This document shows, one piece after another, positions 57,311 to 64,000 of a stretch of DNA of 64,000 nucleotides. The position numbers and the translations under genes are program-made. The DNA lies in the NCBI GenBank assembly GCA_965228895.1, contig OZ245842.1:192001-256000 (forward strand). The letters run 5' to 3'. Numbering within the stretch: the stretch's first letter is position 1; each line of letters opens with the position of its first letter. The DNA is from Alphaproteobacteria bacterium (lineage in GTDB: Bacteria > Pseudomonadota > Alphaproteobacteria > SP197). Below the pieces are notes generated by a model. That model did not search any database. It was not told the DNA's origin and saw only the letters and a list, made by a program, of their open reading frames with translations.

Positions 57311-58195
57311 ATGGGCGAAACCGTTCTAGGTGTGATCGGTGGCAGCGGTGTCTATGACATCGACGGCTTGGACGATGCACGCTGGATCAAGGTCGATACG
57401 CCCTGGGGTTCGCCTTCCGACGAGATGCTGCAGGGCACGCTTGACGGCCAGAAGCTCGTCTTTTTGCCGCGGCACGGTCGCGGCCACCACATCTCGCCAA
57501 CCGGCCTGAATGCCCGCGCCAATATCGATGCCATGAAACGTCTGGGTGTCACCGATATCCTGTCGGTCGGTGCGGTCGGGTCGCTGAGAGAAGAGCTGGC
57601 GCCGGGCATGTTCGTGCTGGTCGATCAATACATCGACCGCTCCCATCTGAGGACGAAGAGTTTCTTTGGCGACGGCCTGGTCGCGCATATCTCGCTTGCC
57701 CATCCCGCCTGTTCCCGGCTGGCCGGACTGATCGAAACGGCGCTCCAACGTGAGGACATCGCGCATCATCGCGGCGGCACCTATCTGGTGATGGAGGGTC
57801 CGCAGTTCTCGACTTATGCCGAAAGCCAGCTCTATCGCAGTTGGGGCTGCGACGTCATCGGCATGACCGCGATGCCCGAGGCGCGCCTCGCCCGCGAGGC
57901 CGAGATTTGCTACGTCACCGTCGCCATGGTGACCGACTATGACTGTTGGCACGATGGCCATGAGAACGTGACGGTGGATTCGATCCTTAAGGTCTTGCAC
58001 GCCAACGCCGACCACGCACGCCAGTTGGTGCGGGCGCTGGCGCCGTTGGTCGCGCGCCAGGGCAAGCTGTGCGATGCCGGCTGCGACAGGGCGCTCGATA
58101 CCGCCTTGATCACGGCGCCGGACAAGCGCGATCGCGAACTGATCGCACGGTTGGATGCGGTGGCTGGACGTGTATTGGGCAGCGGAGCCGATTGA
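57311..58195 (+). CDS. mtnP: S-methyl-5'-thioadenosine phosphorylase
   Basis: GVIGGSG, PRHG.GH, GSLRE, EGPQFST.AES, GMT..PEA.LAREAE, TDYDCW. Confidence 0.93.
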   Translation: MGETVLGVIGGSGVYDIDGLDDARWIKVDTPWGSPSDEMLQGTLDGQKLVFLPRHGRGHHISPTGLNARANIDAMKRLGVTDILSVGAVGSLREELAPGMFVLVDQYIDRSHLRTKSFFGDGLVAHISLAHPACSRLAGLIETALQREDIAHHRGGTYLVMEGPQFSTYAESQLYRSWGCDVIGMTAMPEARLAREAEICYVTVAMVTDYDCWHDGHENVTVDSILKVLHANADHARQLVRALAPLVARQGKLCDAGCDRALDTALITAPDKRDRELIARLDAVAGRVLGSGAD

Positions 58196-58196
58196 G

Positions 58197-58715
58197 ATGG
58201 ATATCAAGTCGTTGGTGCGGAACATTCCGGACTATCCCCAGAAAGGCATCATGTTTCGCGACATCACCACCTTGTTCGGTGATGCCGGTGGTTTCCGCCG
58301 CACGGTTGACGAACTGGTGCAGCCCTATGCCGGTCAAAAGATCGACGCGGTTGCCGGGATCGAGGCCCGCGGTTTTATCCTGGGCGGCGCGGTCGCGCAC
58401 CAGCTCTCGGTCGGTTTCATCCCGGTGCGCAAGATGGGCAAGCTGCCCTGGGCGACGATCGGTATGGACTATGATCTGGAATACGGCTCCGATCGTGTCG
58501 AGATCCATGAGGATGCCGTGTCGGCCGGCCAGCGCGTCCTGTTGGTTGATGATCTGCTCGCCACCGGCGGCACGATTTCGGCCGGTATTCAGTTGTTGCG
58601 TCAAGCCAGCGCAGACATTGTCGGCTGTGCCTTCGTCATCGAGTTGTCGGAACTGGGTGGCGCCAAACAGCTTGAGGCCTTGGGTGTGCCGTTTCACGCC
58701 CTGGTCGAGTACTAG
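58197..58715 (+). CDS. apt: adenine phosphoribosyltransferase
   Basis: [36 protein letters not shown]. Confidence 0.96.
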   Translation: MDIKSLVRNIPDYPQKGIMFRDITTLFGDAGGFRRTVDELVQPYAGQKIDAVAGIEARGFILGGAVAHQLSVGFIPVRKMGKLPWATIGMDYDLEYGSDRVEIHEDAVSAGQRVLLVDDLLATGGTISAGIQLLRQASADIVGCAFVIELSELGGAKQLEALGVPFHALVEY

Positions 58716-58725
58716 GGCAGGCGTT

Positions 58726-59574
58726 GTGGCCGGCGACATCACCGGTATCGACCACACCCTGATCAACGCTAATGATCTGGAAGCCGACCGTGACACCTAT
58801 ATCCGTCTGGGGTTCAACCCGACGCCGCGTGGTCGCCATCCGCAATGGGGCACCGGCAACTATTGTTTCATGCTGGAGCGCGGCTATCTGGAGCTGATCG
58901 GCGTCGTCGACCCCGACGAGTTTGCCGCCAACGCCGCGCGCCGTGGTGAACGCAACCATGAACCCGGGCTGTCTGCGATCGCGCTGGCAACCGACGACGG
59001 CGCGGCGGCGGCCGCGAACCTGAACGACGCCGGCATTGCTGTCGATGGACCCAAAGATCTCTCGCGATTGATCGAAGAGTCGGGCGAGACGAGCGAACCG
59101 CGTTTTCAGATCGTGCACCTGCCGGACGCGGCGACGCCCGGTCTACCCATGTTCCTGTGTCATCATCAGACACCCGAACTGGTGCGGCGGGAAGGCTGGA
59201 CCTTTCACCCGAATGGCGCCAAGCGCCTTAAGAGCGTCGCGGTTCCGTGCGAAGACACCGAGCCGCTGATCGAGGCCTATTCAAGGCTGTTGGGCGAAAA
59301 CGCCGTTACGGCGACCGATGCCATCGTGACTCTTTGGCTGGGCGATGAGAGCATTCTCTTTGCTTCCCACGATGACCTGGACGAGCTCTACCCGGATCTG
59401 TTGCCCGAATCCGATGACGTGCCGTGCCCGGCTGTGATTACCGTGGAAGTCGCCGATCTCGAGGCGACAGCGAGGGTCTTGGCATCGGCCAGCATTCCGC
59501 TGTTGCGCGAGGAGCGCTCGGTCATGGTCGCGGCGGAAGACGCCTGTGGTGTCGCGCTGGTGTTTTCGGCCTAA
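58726..59574 (+). CDS. VOC/glyoxalase-like domain protein
   Basis: IDH......DL, LGF.....G.H..WGT.N, YLEL, HPNGA; GTG 58726 (track ORF 58069 N-terminus overlaps apt and was discarded). Confidence 0.85.
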   Translation: MAGDITGIDHTLINANDLEADRDTYIRLGFNPTPRGRHPQWGTGNYCFMLERGYLELIGVVDPDEFAANAARRGERNHEPGLSAIALATDDGAAAAANLNDAGIAVDGPKDLSRLIEESGETSEPRFQIVHLPDAATPGLPMFLCHHQTPELVRREGWTFHPNGAKRLKSVAVPCEDTEPLIEAYSRLLGENAVTATDAIVTLWLGDESILFASHDDLDELYPDLLPESDDVPCPAVITVEVADLEATARVLASASIPLLREERSVMVAAEDACGVALVFSA

Positions 59575-59578
59575 CTGG

Positions 59579-60922
59579 TCAGGCGGTCAGGGCCCGGACC
59601 CAGTCGCGGGCAACCTCCAGATAACGGTCGATATCGGCCTCCGACATGGCAAATGAAACGGCGGGGCCCGCCGTCACGATCGCCTCCCAAACGCCGCGGT
59701 TGGCCATGAACACGCGACGGCAGTCGGCCAGCGCGACGTCTATCATGGCAACGGCCTCGCTGCCGTTGACCGGCTCGCGCGTTCCGGCAAGCCAGCCTGC
59801 TCGGCTGGTCAGGTGTTGGGCGCGCCAGGGTAGGCTGGCTTCGTCGATGATCGCCTGAATGCCGCTTGCCAGCTTGGTGCCGCGTTGCGCGTTCCTGGCG
59901 TAGCCGTCCCTGGTCAGCACGTGGCTCAGGGTGGCCTGGGCCGCAGCCAGTGACAGCGCGTTGGCGTAGAGCGTGCCGCCGGTCGCCAAACCAGCCTCGT
60001 CACCGGCATGGTCGAACAGGTGGCGGTCCATGAGGTCGGCCAGGTCCTTTCCGAAGCCATAGGCGCCGATCGGAATGCCGCCGGCCAGGTTCTTGCCTAA
60101 GACGACGATGTGCGGCTTCAGGGCCCACAGATTTACCAGACCGCCAAAGGCCAGCATGTGGGTGTGGGTCTCGTCGGCGATCAACAACGCACCATGGCGC
60201 TCGCAGACCTCGCGCAGGCCGGCCAGGAAGCCATCCTGGGGCAGGACCAGACCGACATTGGTCAGCGCCGGCTCGACCAGTACGCAAGCGGTCGTCCGTT
60301 TTGCCAATTCGCGCTCGACGTTGTCCAGATCGTTGAACGGCACCACCGAGGTGTTGCGGCTGTGATCGTCGGGCAGGCCCAGCGCAAAGGATTTCGGCCG
60401 TTCGCCGTCGTGGTCGACCATGGTTTCGCTGAGATGGCCATGATAGCTGCCGTCGAACATCAAGACGCCGTCGCGCCCGGTCGCCAGACGCGCCAGGCGA
60501 ATGGCTTCGCTGTTGGCCGATGAGGCTGAGAGTGTGTATTGCCAATGGCTCAGGCCGAACCGCCGCGCCAATTCCTCCGAGACGGTGATCGCATCCTCGA
60601 CCGGCAGCAGAAACTGGACGCCCGACGCGACACGCTCGTCGATGGCGCGGGTCACAGCCGGCTCCGCATAGCCGGTGTTGCTGCTCATGTCCGCCTGGTT
60701 GAAGTCGATGTATTCGTGGCCGTCGACATCGCGAAAGCGGGCCCCGCCGCCGGATGCCACAAACATCGGCGGGTGATGGTAGAGACCGCGCATCCACGCC
60801 ATGGGCACACCGGACGGCATCGATGTCTCGGCCCGCTCGTGCAGCGTGGCCGAACGCGGCCGTGCCTTTTCGAAACGCTCCAGCTCGCGCGCGGCGACAT
60901 CGGCAATGCGTTTGGAATCCAT
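59579..60922 (-). CDS. class III PLP aminotransferase (GSAT-like)
   Basis: D.DG..YIDF, YHG, EP, DETH, GK..AGG.P, GGT...N. Confidence 0.9.
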   Translation of the reverse strand: MDSKRIADVAARELERFEKARPRSATLHERAETSMPSGVPMAWMRGLYHHPPMFVASGGGARFRDVDGHEYIDFNQADMSSNTGYAEPAVTRAIDERVASGVQFLLPVEDAITVSEELARRFGLSHWQYTLSASSANSEAIRLARLATGRDGVLMFDGSYHGHLSETMVDHDGERPKSFALGLPDDHSRNTSVVPFNDLDNVERELAKRTTACVLVEPALTNVGLVLPQDGFLAGLREVCERHGALLIADETHTHMLAFGGLVNLWALKPHIVVLGKNLAGGIPIGAYGFGKDLADLMDRHLFDHAGDEAGLATGGTLYANALSLAAAQATLSHVLTRDGYARNAQRGTKLASGIQAIIDEASLPWRAQHLTSRAGWLAGTREPVNGSEAVAMIDVALADCRRVFMANRGVWEAIVTAGPAVSFAMSEADIDRYLEVARDWVRALTA

Positions 60923-61140
60923 CGGTTAACTCCTCGATCTCGCTGTCGATCGGCGAGAGTCTATTCTGATTGCGTGTGTCGCGTGTCCAAACTGTGGCAC
61001 GCGCCGATTTGACCCTTGCATTCGAAAAGACAGTACGCATGTGTTGCCGTAAGGGAAGGCTTGGTCACGCCACCCGATCTCACAACGGCGATCCGCGGTT
61101 CACGTGGAGTCGGATTTCACGAAGGTCAATCAGGGGATCC

Positions 61141-61704
61141 ATGAGTTTCAGAGAACGTTACCTCAACCGGCGCATGCTTTTGGAGGTGGGGCCGGTCCTG
61201 GTCTTTTTCGCCGTGAACATCGGCTGGGGACTGATGCCGGCGACCGCCGCCGTGATGGCGGCGACGGCCGTTGCGGTCGCGACCGGCTGGGCTTTGGACC
61301 GCCACGTACCGGTCTTCGGCCTGGTCACGGTGTTTATCGTCCTGGTGCTGGGCGGATTGGGCCTGGCGCTGGACGACGCCATCTACATTCAGATCAAGCC
61401 GACCGTCGGCGAGGTCATGTTCGCCGTGGCGCTTGCCTTGGGCCTTCTGCTTCGCCCAAGCCTTTTGGAACGTGGCCTCTCATCGCATGTTCAACTGACC
61501 AAGCGGGGTTGGCGCGTACTGACATGGCGCTGGATCGGCCTGGCGCTCGGGTGGGCAGCCGCCAACGAGGTGGCGCGCCAAACCCTGTCGGTCGACGATT
61601 GGGTGACGTTCCGGCTCGTCATGGCCATCGGCGCCTTCGTGCTCTACGTCGTGGTCACGCGGGTGACGGCGCCACGCTACTGGGACGGCCCGCTTCCGGA
61701 CTAG
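61141..61704 (+). CDS. YciB/IspZ family inner membrane protein
   Basis: E.GP..VFF, L.D..YI.IKPT, W..L..RW, NE, WV.F. Confidence 0.8.
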   Translation: MSFRERYLNRRMLLEVGPVLVFFAVNIGWGLMPATAAVMAATAVAVATGWALDRHVPVFGLVTVFIVLVLGGLGLALDDAIYIQIKPTVGEVMFAVALALGLLLRPSLLERGLSSHVQLTKRGWRVLTWRWIGLALGWAAANEVARQTLSVDDWVTFRLVMAIGAFVLYVVVTRVTAPRYWDGPLPD

Positions 61705-61716
61705 CTGGCGGGCGCT

Positions 61717-62382
61717 TTAGCCGAGATAGCGCCGAAAGGTCTCAAGCGTGCGTTCGCGCGCCAACCGCGCCGAGTGTTCATGCCAGGATCCCCGCTGATC
61801 GCAGGCAAAGCCGTGACCGGCCGGATAGGTGAAGACGACGGCGTCTGGGTGTTTGGCGCGGATCGCCTCGATGTTCTCCGGCGGGAACGTCGCGTCGGTC
61901 TCGCCCAGCATCATGGTCATCGGACAGGTCGGCGTCTCGTCGACAAAGTCGATGGTCATCGATCCGTAGTAGCCGACGGCGCAATCGACGCCCAGACGTG
62001 TCGCCGAGAGCCAAGCCAGCGTGCCGCCCCAGCAATAGCCGACGACGCCGACTTTGCCCGATGTCTTGACGGCGTCGCGCGCCGCGGCGACATCGCGCAT
62101 GACGTCATCGATGGCGATCGAAGCGCGCAGCTCGCGGCCCCTGGTCACGTCTTCGTCGCTGTAATCGAGCTCGATACCCGGTTCGATCCGGTCGTAGAGG
62201 GCGGGTGCGATGGTGTCGTAGCCGTCGGCGGCAAAGCCATCGACCAGGCTGCGGATATGGCCGTTGACGCCAAAGATCTCCTGCAACAGCACGACCGCGC
62301 CACGCGGAGTGCCGTCGGGTGTCGCGCGATAGGCGGCCAGCGTGTGGCCGTCTTCGGCGGTCAGGTTCGTCCAATTCGGCAT
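61717..62382 (-). CDS. dienelactone hydrolase family protein
   Basis: QEIFGVN, GYCWGG nucleophile elbow, D, AGHGF.CD. Confidence 0.92.
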   Translation of the reverse strand: MPNWTNLTAEDGHTLAAYRATPDGTPRGAVVLLQEIFGVNGHIRSLVDGFAADGYDTIAPALYDRIEPGIELDYSDEDVTRGRELRASIAIDDVMRDVAAARDAVKTSGKVGVVGYCWGGTLAWLSATRLGVDCAVGYYGSMTIDFVDETPTCPMTMMLGETDATFPPENIEAIRAKHPDAVVFTYPAGHGFACDQRGSWHEHSARLARERTLETFRRYLG

Positions 62383-62394
62383 GCCTTTGCTCCG

Positions 62395-63495
62395 TCAGAC
62401 GTTGAAGCGGAACAGGAGGACGTCACCGTCGCGCACCAGGTATTCGCGGCCCTCCTGGCGCATCTTGCCGGCCTGTTTGGCCGCTTGTTCGCCGTTGAGC
62501 GTGACGTAGTCGTCATAGGAGATGGTCTCGGCGCAGATGAAGCCGCGCTCGAAGTCGGTGTGGATCTCGCCGGCGGCTTCCGGCGCCTTGGCGCCGTCGC
62601 GAACGGTCCAGGCGCGCGCTTCCTTCGGGCCCGCCGTAAAGAAGGTGATCAGACCCAGAAGCCGATAGGCCGCGCGGATCACACGGTCGAGGCCGGCCTC
62701 CTCCAATCCCAGCTCGGCCAGGAACATGGCGCGTTCGTCGGCATCCTCGATCTCGGCCAGTTCGGATTCGATCTTGGCCGATACGACGACGCTTTGCGCG
62801 CCTTCGGATGCCGCGCGCTCGGCCACGGCCTGGGTGTGGCGGTTGCCGTCGGCGGCGTCGGCCTCGTCGACATTGCAGACATAAAGCAGGGGTTTCGACG
62901 TCAGCAATTGCAGCATGCGGAAACGTTTTGCCTCATCGTCGGCGATCTCAACGGAGCGGGCCGGTTTGCCGTCGCGCAGCGCGTCGAGCGTGCGTTCGAT
63001 CAGCACCAGGTCGAGCTTGGCTTCCTTCTCGCCGGTCTTCGCGCGTTTCTCGGTGCTTTGCTGGCGCTTCTCCAGGCTCTCCAGATCGGCCAGCATCAGT
63101 TCCGTCTCGATGGTCTCGATGTCGCGGATCGGGTCGACCGAGCCATCGACATGGGAGACCTCGCCTTCCTCGAAACAGCGGACGAGGTGCAGGACCGCAT
63201 CGACCTCGCGGATGTTGGCCAGGAACTGGTTGCCCAGACCTTCGCCCTGGCTGGCGCCACGCACCAGGCCGGCGATATCGACAAACTCGATCTGGTTGGC
63301 GATGACCTTGGTCGGCTGGGCGATGCCGGCAATCGCTTCGAGACGGCTATCGGGCACGGCGACCCGGCCGATGTTGGGGTCGACCGTGCAGAACGGAAAG
63401 TTGCCGGTCTGGGCCGCGCCGGTCGCCGTCAGGGCGTTGAACAGGGTCGATTTGCCGACATTGGGCAGGCCCACGATGCCGCATCTAATTCCCAT
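62395..63495 (-). CDS. ychF: redox-regulated ribosome-binding ATPase YchF
   Basis: GLPNVGKST, FPFCT, DIAG, NVDE (NxxE), TGS domain ending FRFNV. Confidence 0.97.
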   Translation of the reverse strand: MGIRCGIVGLPNVGKSTLFNALTATGAAQTGNFPFCTVDPNIGRVAVPDSRLEAIAGIAQPTKVIANQIEFVDIAGLVRGASQGEGLGNQFLANIREVDAVLHLVRCFEEGEVSHVDGSVDPIRDIETIETELMLADLESLEKRQQSTEKRAKTGEKEAKLDLVLIERTLDALRDGKPARSVEIADDEAKRFRMLQLLTSKPLLYVCNVDEADAADGNRHTQAVAERAASEGAQSVVVSAKIESELAEIEDADERAMFLAELGLEEAGLDRVIRAAYRLLGLITFFTAGPKEARAWTVRDGAKAPEAAGEIHTDFERGFICAETISYDDYVTLNGEQAAKQAGKMRQEGREYLVRDGDVLLFRFNV

Positions 63496-64000
63496 CATTG
63501 TCCTCGTTCGTCGGGTCGGCCTTGCGCGCCGGTTTCACAGGCTTCGGCGGCTGCGACAAGTGGGCGACCTGGGATTGAAACTTCTCGTCCTGGTGCTCCG
63601 CCAACAGCGGCGCCGCATCGGATATGGCGTCGAGCAGACGATCCAACCAGTCCTTATCGGACGCGGAAAACCCACTCAGCACGTGGCCGATGACGCGCTC
63701 TTTGCTGCCGGGGTGGCCGACACCGATGCGCACCCGGCGATAGTCGGGCCCGATATGGGAATGCACGCTGCGGATACCGTTATGGCCGGCGTGACCGCCG
63801 CCCTGTTTGCAACGCACCTTGCCCGGCGCCAGGTCGATTTCGTCATAGAGTACGACGACGTCGTCGGGATCGATCTTGAAGAAGCGCACGGCTTCGCCGA
63901 CGGCGCGCCCGGATTCGTTCATGAAGGTGATGGGCTTCAGCAGCAGTGTCTTCTTGCCGTCCAAACGCCCTTCGGTTACGTCGGCCTGGAACCGGCGGCG
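63485..64000 (-). CDS. pth: peptidyl-tRNA hydrolase (5' end truncated by the window edge)
   Basis: KP.TFMNESG, YDEIDL, GG..GHNGIRS, R.RIG.G.P. Confidence 0.94.
   Translation of the reverse strand, partial: RRRFQADVTEGRLDGKKTLLLKPITFMNESGRAVGEAVRFFKIDPDDVVVLYDEIDLAPGKVRCKQGGGHAGHNGIRSVHSHIGPDYRRVRIGVGHPGSKERVIGHVLSGFSASDKDWLDRLLDAISDAAPLLAEHQDEKFQSQVAHLSQPPKPVKPARKADPTNEDNDGN

Noticed and set aside
61001-61020. GCGCCGATTTGACCCTTGC resembling the 5' half of a SAM-II riboswitch
   Set aside because: The closing GGCGC strand and the GCTAAA pseudoknot segment are absent, and the downstream gene is not methionine-related
60994-61020. TGGCAC possible sigma54 -24 element
   Set aside because: No TTGC at the required -12 spacing

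Overview
GC-rich, gene-dense 64-kb chromosomal segment, most consistent with an Alphaproteobacterium (petABC, hemF-trmL, MoxR/DUF58/DUF4159 cluster, mtnP-apt, pth-ychF, sbmA/bacA). About 60 protein-coding genes can be supported. Positions ~1-41 kb are mostly small catabolic modules: amidase + 3 tandem GFA proteins + EutQ-like bicupin; MocD-like oxygenase + M81 peptidase + ChaC; a DMFase-like enzyme + ASCH + THI5-like protein; two Rieske oxygenases around a BetI-like TetR; a divergent M17 peptidase-SDR-FAH-APC operon. Positions ~41-64 kb are mostly core genes. I saw no rRNA, tRNA, CRISPR array, transposase or prophage. The most striking non-coding signal is a dispersed intergenic palindromic element of exactly 140 bp (15060-15199, 29087-29226, 57129-57268; gapless alignment, 83-88% identity by hand count), bounded by CTAG (CCGG at the left end of copy 2). 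It is built from four GAGC(A/G)GAT-type modules that allow two alternative folds, and it shows compensatory stem changes. Two smaller relatives lie at 30928-31004 and 57088-57132. Family assignments come from motif recognition by eye, not database searches; several starts were moved from the ORF track using RBS or overlap evidence.
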